DNA of 64,000 nucleotides from Ilumatobacteraceae bacterium (GTDB taxonomy: Bacteria; Actinomycetota; Acidimicrobiia; Acidimicrobiales; Ilumatobacteraceae): NCBI GenBank assembly GCA_031408175.1, contig JANOJI010000001.1:492-64491 (forward strand), in the 5' to 3' direction. The notes beneath the pieces were generated by a model. It was not told where the DNA came from. It made no database searches and saw nothing but the letters and a program-made list of their open reading frames with translations. The translations under genes were made by a program, and so were the position numbers. Shown piece by piece: positions 38,842 to 47,509 of the stretch (positions are counted from its first letter, which is position 1; every line of letters begins with the position of its first letter).

Positions 38842-39788
38842 CAGGAGAGCCCACTTCGCGCTTGCTGTGGATCGAGCACGGTCCGCAGGCCGTCACCGAG
38901 CAGGTTGAACCCGAGCGCTGTGAGGACGATGGCCAGCCCCGGGAAGAACATGAGGTACGGAGCCGCTTCGAGCAGTGACTGCGTCTCGTTGAGGAACCGT
39001 CCCCATGAGGAGGTCGGTGGCTGCACGCCGACGCCGAGGAACGCGAGTGCCGCTTCGATGAGAATCGCGGCCGCGAACATGACGGAGCCGAGCACGATCA
39101 GGAGGGAGCTGATGTTGGGGAGCACGTGCCGCAGCAGCACGTACGACTTGCGTCGCCCGTACCCGTAGGCCGCCTCGACGAAGTCGAGGGCGAGCACTTG
39201 GCGCGCCGGACCGATCGTGACACGAGCCGCGACTGGCACCTGCCACGTGATGATCGCGAGGGTCGCGGTGGTGTTGCCGGCCCCCAACTTGGCGCCGAGG
39301 ACGAGGGCGGTCAGGATGCCCGGGAACGCGAGCCCGGCGTCGACGAGGCGCGTCAACGGACCCTGCAGGACGCGGTGCGAGCCGGCGATCGCGAGCCCGA
39401 TCGTGGAGCCGAGGAACATCGCGACGACCGTCGAAACGACGCTCACATACAGGGAGTTCCGAGCCCCGAGCATGAGCTCGGTGACGACGTCGCGTCCGGC
39501 TCGATCGGTGCCCAACGGGAATCCCCGGGTACCCGGGCTCGCCAGACGGTTCGTCAGGTTCAGCTGATTCGGCGGGTACGGGGTCCACACGAACGACACC
39601 AGAGCCACGAGTACGAACAGCGACACCAGCGTTCCACCGAGGTAGAGCGTGATTGGCCAGCGACGTAGGCGCCATCCCAGCGATCGCCGGTCGGCTGGCG
39701 TGGACGGTATCCCGGCGTCGGCGTCGATCGGCTGTGTTTCAGGCACCGGCGGCCTCTTTGTCTCGGATTCGCGGGTCGAGGAAGCCAT
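38841..39788 (-). CDS. ABC transporter permease (DppC type)
   Basis: Multi-TM permease. An alternative GTG start at 39746 would reduce the 50-nt overlap with the upstream gene. Confidence 0.85.
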   Translation of the reverse strand: MASSTRESETKRPPVPETQPIDADAGIPSTPADRRSLGWRLRRWPITLYLGGTLVSLFVLVALVSFVWTPYPPNQLNLTNRLASPGTRGFPLGTDRAGRDVVTELMLGARNSLYVSVVSTVVAMFLGSTIGLAIAGSHRVLQGPLTRLVDAGLAFPGILTALVLGAKLGAGNTTATLAIITWQVPVAARVTIGPARQVLALDFVEAAYGYGRRKSYVLLRHVLPNISSLLIVLGSVMFAAAILIEAALAFLGVGVQPPTSSWGRFLNETQSLLEAAPYLMFFPGLAIVLTALGFNLLGDGLRTVLDPQQARSGLS

Positions 39789-40698
39789 AGGCGATGTCGA
39801 CCAAGAAGTTGAGGATCAGGATGATCAACATGATCACGAGTGCCAGGGACTGCACCACGACGACCTCGCGACCGAGCGTCGCCGTGACGATCAGACGACC
39901 GATGCCCGGGAGCACGAACACGTTCTCCACGACCACCGCGCCGGCGATCAACTGACCGAACTGCAGAGCTGCCACGGTGACCAACGGGATCGACGCGTTG
40001 CGCACCCCGTGGACGAGCGCGGCACCACGCCGGGTACGACCCCGCGCCATCGCCGACCGGATCAAGTCCTCGTTCATCACATCGATCATCGCTGTGCGGA
40101 CGTACCGCGTGAACACCGACGTGACGCCCAGGCTCAGCGCCATAACGGGCAAGATCACCGAGCGAATCGAGCCGATGGGGTCCTCGGTGAAGGGCACGTA
40201 TCCACCCGTCGGCAGCCATCCCAGACGCACTGCGAACACGAGAACCAACAACAGACCGGCCCAAAACGCAGGGATCGAGGTGCCGACTTGAGCGAAGACG
40301 TCGACGACTCCACCGCGGACCTTCTTGGCGTTGATCGCCGAGTAGGTGCCGAGCGCCAACGAGAGGGGAACGGAGATGAGCAGCCCGCCGATCGTCAGCA
40401 TGAGCGTCGGGCCCATACGGCGCACGATCTCATCGAAGATGTCGTACCCCATGCCGTAAGAGGTGCCGAGGTCGCCCGTTACGACTCCCCGGAGCCAGTC
40501 CAGATACTGAACGACCAACGGCCGGTCCAGACCGAGCTCCTCGCGCATGAACTCCACGTCGCCCGGAGCGGCCTCACGACCGAGCAGCACCGTCACGATG
40601 TCGCCACCGAGCATGTTGACGAGCACGAACACAGCGATCGACCCCACGAGCGCTGCAAACGCCAACGTGAACAATGAGCGGAGTGCGTGGCGGATCAT
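39739..40698 (-). CDS. ABC transporter permease (DppB type)
   Basis: 319 aa multi-TM protein with FTRYVRTAMIDVMNEDLIRSAMARG loop. Confidence 0.9.
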   Translation of the reverse strand: MIRHALRSLFTLAFAALVGSIAVFVLVNMLGGDIVTVLLGREAAPGDVEFMREELGLDRPLVVQYLDWLRGVVTGDLGTSYGMGYDIFDEIVRRMGPTLMLTIGGLLISVPLSLALGTYSAINAKKVRGGVVDVFAQVGTSIPAFWAGLLLVLVFAVRLGWLPTGGYVPFTEDPIGSIRSVILPVMALSLGVTSVFTRYVRTAMIDVMNEDLIRSAMARGRTRRGAALVHGVRNASIPLVTVAALQFGQLIAGAVVVENVFVLPGIGRLIVTATLGREVVVVQSLALVIMLIILILNFLVDIAYGFLDPRIRDKEAAGA

Positions 40699-40710
40699 GA
40701 GTCTCCCCTA

Positions 40711-40744
40711 CATCGTTGCATTCAGAACATCGTTGCATTCAAAA
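40711..40744. repeat. Tandem 17-bp direct repeat (CATCGTTGCATTCAGAA / CATCGTTGCATTCAAAA) just upstream of the permease start
   Basis: Read directly. Two adjacent copies differ at one position and are AT-rich relative to their surroundings. Confidence 0.8.
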
Positions 40745-40888
40745 CGTCAACGGCCGTCTGGCGGCGTGAAGCCGCCGGACGACCGTCGATACACCTGGTG
40801 GTCCAGCGCTAGGAATCCCAATCACCACAACAGAGGGGCTAGCTGCGCATGACGGCGCGAGTGGGGGATCGCGCCTCACGCTGTGTCA

Positions 40889-42520
40889 TTACTCCGACCA
40901 ACGCGCCGAGCGAACGTCGACGGCGTTGTTGATTCGAACCTCCTGGATCCCCTCGAGATCGCCACGCATGAGCTGTGGCACCCTCGGTGCGGCGATGACC
41001 GTGACCCACGCCAGATCGGCGAAGGTCTTCACCAGGTCGGACATGGCGGCGAGGTACGCTTCATTGTCCGTGTTGGCGTCTGCCACGGCCAACTTGTCCT
41101 CGAACTCCGGGATGCACAGCTCGGAGCTCTTGCCCAACGGCTCGCGGCCACCCTTGCAGCCGTACTGGAGGATGTTGGCCGAGTCACGGATCTCGCTCAT
41201 CCAATAGTCGCCCTGCGCCCATGTCGTGTCCAGCCACGTGGTGAGTTCCTGGCTACGGCTGTTGACCTTGATGCCGACTGCTCCAAGCTGCTGTGTCAGA
41301 ACTTCCATCGTGAATGGGTGCGACGCCACATTGGCGAACGGGTAGTCGACCTCGAGAGTCTCGTAGCCGGCTTCCGCCAGCAGCGCCTTGGCCTTCTCCG
41401 GGTCGTACGGGTACGGGCAGTAGTCGCTGTTGTAGGGCTCTGCGTAAGGCACGACCATCAGGCAGGTCGGGTCGGCGTAGCCGTCGTAGACGGCGATCGC
41501 TTCTTCGCGGTTGATCGCGTGGGCGATCGCCTGGCGGACACGGATGTCCTGGAACGGCTTCTCGTTGACGTTGAGCCACATGTACGAGACCTCACCGGCG
41601 CTCTCGAAGAGCACCTTGAAGTTCGCATCCGCGGAGAACGTGGCGACGCGTTCGATGCCCTCGGCGAGCACCGCCGTGACGAAGTCGTACTCACCGGCGA
41701 GCAGACCATTGAGGGCTGCCGTCTCGTCGTCGACGAAGCGCCAGTCGATGACCTCGAAGTACGGCTTCTCGCCCCAGTAGTCCTCGAAACGAGTCAACGT
41801 GAGGCTCGTGTCAGGCTTGTAGTCGCTGAACACGAACGGACCGGTGCCGATCATCACGCTGTTGGCGTCGTTGTCCTCGAGGAAGTTCTCGGGAACGACG
41901 TAGCCGGCGGAGTTCCCGAGCTCCTTCAAGAACGACGCACTCGGCTGACTCACCACGATCTCAACGGTTTTGGCGTCCACTGCCTCGACGCTCGTCACGT
42001 TGACATGTGGCGCGCTCAGCTTGCTGAGCGGCGACTCGGCGTTCTTCTTCATCGAGTACACGACGTCGGCCGAGTCGAGATCGGACCCGTCATGGAACTT
42101 GGCGGCGCGGATCGTGAAGGTGTACGTCAGGCCATCGTCGCTGATCGACCACTTTTCGGCGAGCATCGGGACCATGCTGCCGTCGGGCTTGACCTCGACG
42201 AGCGTCTCCTGAACGTTATAGAACGTCGGTACGCGCAGCGCGTTGGCACCGACCTCCCAGTAGTTCCAGCTCGCGGGCTCCTGGGGAAGCGTCGCGATCA
42301 GCGTCGTGGACTTCGACCCGTCGGTCGCCGCGGCCGTGTCCGCTGTGGCGGTGTCGTCGGGCGCTACGGTGTCGTTTGCCGCAGCCGTGTCGTTTGCCGC
42401 AGCCGTGTCGGCGCCGGTTCCGGCGTCATCGCTGCCGCACGCGGCGACCACGAGAGCCGTGGCCACCACGAGAGCGAGTCGGCGCCGACCCGACGTACGG
42501 GTCGTTCGGATTGCCGTCAT
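40889..42520 (-). CDS. ABC transporter substrate-binding lipoprotein, family 5
   Basis: Signal/lipobox LALVVATALVVAACGS, Asp/Thr/Ala-rich linker, family-5 SBP body. AGGGGGAG RBS upstream of ATG 42520. Confidence 0.85.
   Translation of the reverse strand: MTAIRTTRTSGRRRLALVVATALVVAACGSDDAGTGADTAAANDTAAANDTVAPDDTATADTAAATDGSKSTTLIATLPQEPASWNYWEVGANALRVPTFYNVQETLVEVKPDGSMVPMLAEKWSISDDGLTYTFTIRAAKFHDGSDLDSADVVYSMKKNAESPLSKLSAPHVNVTSVEAVDAKTVEIVVSQPSASFLKELGNSAGYVVPENFLEDNDANSVMIGTGPFVFSDYKPDTSLTLTRFEDYWGEKPYFEVIDWRFVDDETAALNGLLAGEYDFVTAVLAEGIERVATFSADANFKVLFESAGEVSYMWLNVNEKPFQDIRVRQAIAHAINREEAIAVYDGYADPTCLMVVPYAEPYNSDYCPYPYDPEKAKALLAEAGYETLEVDYPFANVASHPFTMEVLTQQLGAVGIKVNSRSQELTTWLDTTWAQGDYWMSEIRDSANILQYGCKGGREPLGKSSELCIPEFEDKLAVADANTDNEAYLAAMSDLVKTFADLAWVTVIAAPRVPQLMRGDLEGIQEVRINNAVDVRSARWSE
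42369..42411. repeat. 18-bp in-frame tandem repeat inside the SBP linker (encodes AAANDT x2+)
   Basis: GTGTCGTTTGCCGCAGCC occurs twice in tandem, followed by a partial third copy. Confidence 0.8.
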
Positions 42521-42554
42521 TCTACTCCCCCTTAGAAATGTTCAAGCACTGATC

Positions 42555-42576
42555 AATCGTATAGCATTCGTACCAC
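42555..42576. promoter_or_regulatory. AT-rich site (AATCGTATAGCATTCGTACCAC) in the SBP-2 / SDR divergent region
   Basis: Read directly; shares the TCGTATA half-site with 3741 and 18862. Confidence 0.4.
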
Positions 42577-42660
42577 AAGTCGTGAAGCGAGCGCAAGTGA
42601 CACTTCGTGACCCCCGGCAAACGGTCTCGCGATCCCGTGCGACCAATGACGAGGAAGGGC

Positions 42661-43437
42661 ATGGTTATGACAGACGCGAGCAAGCTGTTCGACCTCACCG
42701 GTCATACCGCGTTGGTAACGGGCGGGGGGTATGGCCTCGGGCGTGGGCTCGTCCACGGTCTTGCGAATCACGGGGCCACGGTGATCGGGCTGGCGCGAAG
42801 CGAGGCGGCCTTGCGCGAGACCTTCTCGACGCTGGGTTCCCCCCATCGCTACATCGTGGGTGATCTCACGACCAACGAGGTGTACGAGGAACTCGACACG
42901 ATCTCCGAGCACATCGACATCGTGGTGAACAATGCCGGCGGGGATCCGCACTCCAAGCCGTGGACCGAACAGACGACGCAGGAGTGGCGGAACACGTACG
43001 AGATCAACGTGATCGCGGCCGAGCGCCTCTGTCGACTGTTGATCCCCAAGATGGCCGAGAGAGGCTGGGGACGCATCATCAACATCTCGTCGATCTACGG
43101 CTCGATCGGTCAGAACCCGAACAACACGGGAAAGAACGCCGGAGCCGGGGCGTACACGGCTGCGAAACACGGTCTCATCGGACTCACGAACTACCTGGCG
43201 TGTCAGATTGGTGGCACTGGGGTCACCATCAACACCTTGAGCCCGGGCATGATCACCTGGATGGAAACGCCGGACGGCGAACCCGCGCTCTGGCAGCACC
43301 TGGCGGACCAGACGCCGGTCGGGCGGAACAGTCAGCCGGAGGACTATGTGACCTCGGTGGTCTTCCTGGCGTCGGAAGGCTCGTCGTTCGTGCACGGCAC
43401 GAACCTCGTCGTCGATGGTGGTTGGAGCGTCTGGTGA
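42661..43437 (+). CDS. SDR-family oxidoreductase
   Basis: TALVTGGGYGLGRGL, NNAG, YTAAKHGLIGL. GAGGAAGG RBS. Confidence 0.85.
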   Translation: MVMTDASKLFDLTGHTALVTGGGYGLGRGLVHGLANHGATVIGLARSEAALRETFSTLGSPHRYIVGDLTTNEVYEELDTISEHIDIVVNNAGGDPHSKPWTEQTTQEWRNTYEINVIAAERLCRLLIPKMAERGWGRIINISSIYGSIGQNPNNTGKNAGAGAYTAAKHGLIGLTNYLACQIGGTGVTINTLSPGMITWMETPDGEPALWQHLADQTPVGRNSQPEDYVTSVVFLASEGSSFVHGTNLVVDGGWSVW

Positions 43438-44228
43438 CCGATTCGTCGCACCCGACCGAGGGGCGGCGACTCGATGGTCGTGTCGCCCTCATCACCGGGG
43501 CGTCGTGGGGCATCGGTGCTGCTGTGGCCAGGGTGTTCGCCCGGGAAGGCGCGAGCGTCGTCGTCAGCTCGTACCCCGACGCGCAGATGGAGTCCCTCGC
43601 CGACGAGGTGGTGCAGTCCATCGCGGACGCAGGAGGGGACGCGATCAGACTGTCCGCCGACGTCACCTCGCGCCAGCAGATCGATCAGGTGGTCGATGCG
43701 ACCCGGCAGGAGTTCGGTGACATCGACGTACTCGTGGCGAACGCTGCCTTCTCGAACCGGCTTCCCTGGCACCAGATCTCGGTGGAGCAGTGGGATCACA
43801 CCCACGCGGTGAACCTCCGCGGGGCGTTCGTGTGCGCCCAGGCGTGCTACGACGGAATGCTGCGCAAGGGACGCGGCAGCATCATCGCGGTGACCAGTGT
43901 CACGGTCGAGCTCGGCATGCCCGGTCTGCTCGACTACGTCTCGTCGAAAGCTGGACTCATCGGCTTCACGCGAGCCCTGGCGCGCGAGGTGGGTACGGAC
44001 GGGATCCGTGTGAATGCGGTGATGCCCGGTGCGATTCGCACAGAACAAGAGATCGAGTTGGGCTTCGACGAGGAGGAGCTGAAGGTTCTCTCCGCACAAC
44101 GCCAGTGCATTCCCCGACGCGGATTCGCGGATGACCTGACGGGAGCATTCCTGTTCCTGGCCTCGGACGAGAGCAGTTTCGTCACAGGACAGGTGATCAA
44201 TGTCGATGGTGGCTGGATCCACTACTGA
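43434..44228 (+). CDS. SDR-family oxidoreductase
   Basis: VALITGASWGIGAAVA, YVSSKAGLIGF. GTGA overlap with the upstream stop. Confidence 0.85.
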   Translation: MTDSSHPTEGRRLDGRVALITGASWGIGAAVARVFAREGASVVVSSYPDAQMESLADEVVQSIADAGGDAIRLSADVTSRQQIDQVVDATRQEFGDIDVLVANAAFSNRLPWHQISVEQWDHTHAVNLRGAFVCAQACYDGMLRKGRGSIIAVTSVTVELGMPGLLDYVSSKAGLIGFTRALAREVGTDGIRVNAVMPGAIRTEQEIELGFDEEELKVLSAQRQCIPRRGFADDLTGAFLFLASDESSFVTGQVINVDGGWIHY

Positions 44229-44246
44229 GATGCCAGGAGGCAACCA

Positions 44247-45734
44247 GTGACCGATACCGTGCGCATCGCGCTGATTCACGTGATGCATGAGACGGACACG
44301 TTCAACCCGGTACCGACAACGCTCGCGGACTTTGAGAACGTTGCGCTGCTCGAAGGTGACGCGATGCTCACCAGAGTCGATTCCAACGGTCCGATCGCCG
44401 GCTACCGCGATGCCGTCGCCGCGAGTGGCACGGACGTTCGTACGATCCCCGTGTTGCGCGCGGATGCGCAATCGGGCGGGCGGCTGAGCCGCGAGACCCT
44501 CGATGAGCTGTGTCGAAGGGTCGGCCGACGGTTGCGGGAGTCGTTACCGGTTGACGGATTGGTGGTCTTTCTCCACGGTGCGGCATCGGCCGCGGGAGTC
44601 GACGACGTCGAGGGACACATCTTGGCGACGATCCGCGAGATGGTCGGCCCGACGGTCCCACTTGCGCTGATGCTCGATCACCACGCCAACGTGACGAACG
44701 AAATGATGCGTCACTCCGACTATCTCATGGCTTTTCGCACCCAACCGCACGATCCGTTCGAGACGGCGCGCGACCTGACGCGCCTCGCGTTGCGTCACTT
44801 CGCCGGCGAAGTTCGTCCGACGACGGCATGGCGAAAGATCCCCATGATCACGCACCAAGAGCAGTACCTGACGGCTCGCGGACCGATGAAGGAGTGGTTC
44901 GACCGTGCTCGCGGCATCGAGGCGAACGGTTGTGCCCTCACCGTGTCACTGTTTCCCATGCAGCCGTGGCTCGACGTCGAGGAAGCCGGATGGTCGGTGG
45001 TGGTGGTGACCGATGACGACCAGGAAGCCGCCGAAGTGCTCGCCGACGAACTCGCCGATCATGCATGGAGCATGAGGAACCGCTTCATGGAGCAGGAGAA
45101 TCTCGCCACGGACGCTGCGATCCGATACGCCGACGACCCGCGTCACGGCGTCGTGCTGTTGAGCGATACCGGCGACTCGGTGCTCGGTGGTTCGACCGGA
45201 GACAGCACCGTGATCCTCGGTGCGCTCCTGCAGAACCCGCCGCGACACCCAGTGCTGGTGCCGATCGCCGATCCCGTAGCAGCACGCCGACTCGCCGGAT
45301 GTCGCACCGGTGATTCCGTCACGCTCAACCTCGGTGGTTGGGCGAACTCGTTCTACTCGCCGTTGCGAGTCACGGGCACGGTGTGCACGGCACGCGACGG
45401 CAAGGTCGTGCTGGACGGGCTCCCACAAGGGTCGGTCGACATGGGGAAGACGACGATCCTGAAAATCGACAACGTCACCGTGCTCGTCACGGAGCACTCC
45501 GGCGTCGGTGGGATCCACCCGGGCGTGTACCGCCACATGGGTGTCGAACCGTCCGAGTACAAGATGATCGTGATGAAGACGGCCTCGAACTTCCAGTACA
45601 TGAGGGACATCACGACGACGTTCGTCCGAGTGGCGACCCCTGGCCCGACGCAGTCGGACGTGGAATCCCTGCCGTGGTCGCGCATCCCGCGTCCGATGTT
45701 TCCACTGGACCCGATGGAAGACTGGCGATCGTGA
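44247..45734 (+). CDS. MlrC-like M81-family metallopeptidase (paralogue 2)
   Basis: VRIALIHVMHETDTFNP N-terminal motif, 495 aa. Confidence 0.8.
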   Translation: MTDTVRIALIHVMHETDTFNPVPTTLADFENVALLEGDAMLTRVDSNGPIAGYRDAVAASGTDVRTIPVLRADAQSGGRLSRETLDELCRRVGRRLRESLPVDGLVVFLHGAASAAGVDDVEGHILATIREMVGPTVPLALMLDHHANVTNEMMRHSDYLMAFRTQPHDPFETARDLTRLALRHFAGEVRPTTAWRKIPMITHQEQYLTARGPMKEWFDRARGIEANGCALTVSLFPMQPWLDVEEAGWSVVVVTDDDQEAAEVLADELADHAWSMRNRFMEQENLATDAAIRYADDPRHGVVLLSDTGDSVLGGSTGDSTVILGALLQNPPRHPVLVPIADPVAARRLAGCRTGDSVTLNLGGWANSFYSPLRVTGTVCTARDGKVVLDGLPQGSVDMGKTTILKIDNVTVLVTEHSGVGGIHPGVYRHMGVEPSEYKMIVMKTASNFQYMRDITTTFVRVATPGPTQSDVESLPWSRIPRPMFPLDPMEDWRS

Positions 45735-47461
45735 ACGAGCCAGAGGGTACGCCGGTCACCTTGCGGACCGCACGTTGGTACGACGGCTCGTCGAGGGACA
45801 ATTACATCCACCGCAGTTGGATGAAGCGGGGCCTCCCCGACGACGTCTTCTCCGGCAAGCCCATGATCGGAATCTGCAATTCGGCATCTGATCTCACCCC
45901 GTGCAACCAACACCTGGACGACTTGGCGGAGCACGTCAAGCGCGGCGTCTGGGAAGCGGGCGGGGTTCCGCTCGAATTTCCGGTGATGTCGCTCGGCGAG
46001 ACCCAGATCCAGCCCACCGCCATGTTGTTGCGCAACCTGATGGCGATGGACGTCGAGGAGTCGCTGCGCTGTAATCCGCTGGACGGCGTTGTGTTGCTCT
46101 CGGGGTGCGACAAGACGACCCCGGCCATGCTCATGGGTGCCGCTTCGGTGGATCTGCCGGCGATCATGCTGACCGGCGGGCCCATGCTGACCGGACGTCA
46201 TGACGGCCGACCCCTCGGCTCGGCGACAGACATGTGGCGAATGAGCGAGGAGGTGCGCGCCGGCCGCATGAGCGCCGAGGACTTCGTGGCGACCGAGTCC
46301 TCCATGACGCGCAGCGCGGGCCACTGCAACCCGATGGGAACGGCGTCGACGATGGCATCGATGGCGGAGGCCCTCGGAATGACGCTGCCACAGAGTGCTG
46401 CCATACCCGCTCCCGACACTCGCCGGCGGCGGCTCGCTCACCTCACCGGACGTCGCGTGGTCGACTTGGTTCGCGAAGACCTTCGGCCGAGCAAGGTCCT
46501 GACCATGCCGGCGTTCGAGAACGCCATACGCGTGTTGTCGGCCGTTGGTGGATCAACCAACGCCGTCATCCACCTGCTCGCGATCGCGGGCCGGGTCGGA
46601 GTGCCGCTCACGCTCGACGACTTCGACCGCATCGGTTCACGCTTGCCGTTGCTCGTCGACATCATGCCTGCCGGTTCACGCCTGATGGACGACTTCTTCG
46701 AGGCCGGAGGAATTCCAGCCGTCATGTCGGAACTCGAGTCGGTGTTGAACGGCGAGGTCCTGACCGTGTCGGGTGGCCCATTGCGCGCCTCGTGGCATGG
46801 CTGCAAGAGCAGCGACGAGAGCATGATCCGCCCGCTACACGATCCACTGGTCGCCGAAGCGGGCATCGCAGTGCTCCGAGGCAACCTGTGCCCACAAGGG
46901 GCCGTGGTGAAGCCGTCGGCGGCTTCCTCGGAGCTGCTGGTGCACACCGGGCCGGCGCTCGTGTTCCACTCGATCGAGGACTTCAAGGCGCGGATCGACG
47001 ATCCAGCGCTCGAGGTGACACCCGACACCGTGCTCGTCCTGCGTGGCTGCGGTCCGCGCGGTTACCCCGGTATGCCCGAGGTGGGGAACATGCCGCTCCC
47101 CACGAAACTCCTACGGGCCGGGGTGCGAGACATGGTTCGCATCAGCGATGCGCGTATGAGTGGGACCGCCTTCGGCACGACCGTGCTTCACGTGGCTCCC
47201 GAGTCGGCCGTGGGCGGGCCGTTGGCACACGTACGAACCGGGGACGTCATCACCCTCGACGTGCCTGGGCGGACGCTGACGCTGCACGTTACGGATGACG
47301 AAGTCGAACAGCGCCGCCGTGCCTGGCGACCGGAGCCACCGATCGCCACCCGCGGATGGTCCCGCCTCTACGTCGACCACGTGTTGCAAGCCGACCAAGG
47401 ATGCGACCTCGATTTCCTGGTTGGTTCATCGGGTTCCGAGGTGACCCGCGAAAGCCATTGA
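45731..47461 (+). CDS. IlvD/Edd-family dehydratase
   Basis: KPMIGICNSASDLTPCN, LSGCDKTTPAMLMGAA, GHCNPMGTASTM, GGSTNAVIHL. GTGA overlap with the MlrC-2 stop. Confidence 0.85.
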   Translation: MNEPEGTPVTLRTARWYDGSSRDNYIHRSWMKRGLPDDVFSGKPMIGICNSASDLTPCNQHLDDLAEHVKRGVWEAGGVPLEFPVMSLGETQIQPTAMLLRNLMAMDVEESLRCNPLDGVVLLSGCDKTTPAMLMGAASVDLPAIMLTGGPMLTGRHDGRPLGSATDMWRMSEEVRAGRMSAEDFVATESSMTRSAGHCNPMGTASTMASMAEALGMTLPQSAAIPAPDTRRRRLAHLTGRRVVDLVREDLRPSKVLTMPAFENAIRVLSAVGGSTNAVIHLLAIAGRVGVPLTLDDFDRIGSRLPLLVDIMPAGSRLMDDFFEAGGIPAVMSELESVLNGEVLTVSGGPLRASWHGCKSSDESMIRPLHDPLVAEAGIAVLRGNLCPQGAVVKPSAASSELLVHTGPALVFHSIEDFKARIDDPALEVTPDTVLVLRGCGPRGYPGMPEVGNMPLPTKLLRAGVRDMVRISDARMSGTAFGTTVLHVAPESAVGGPLAHVRTGDVITLDVPGRTLTLHVTDDEVEQRRRAWRPEPPIATRGWSRLYVDHVLQADQGCDLDFLVGSSGSEVTRESH

Positions 47462-47509
47462 CATGTTGGGGCTTTCAGCAGCGCGATGCGGCAGAGACCG
47501 ATGCCCTGG

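Noticed and set aside
40883-42535. 550-aa plus-strand ORF antisense to SBP-2 (similar cases: 9865..11283, 33358..34638, 61043..62212)
   Set aside because: These are mirror-image ORFs of well-supported minus-strand genes, with no start context or family motifs.
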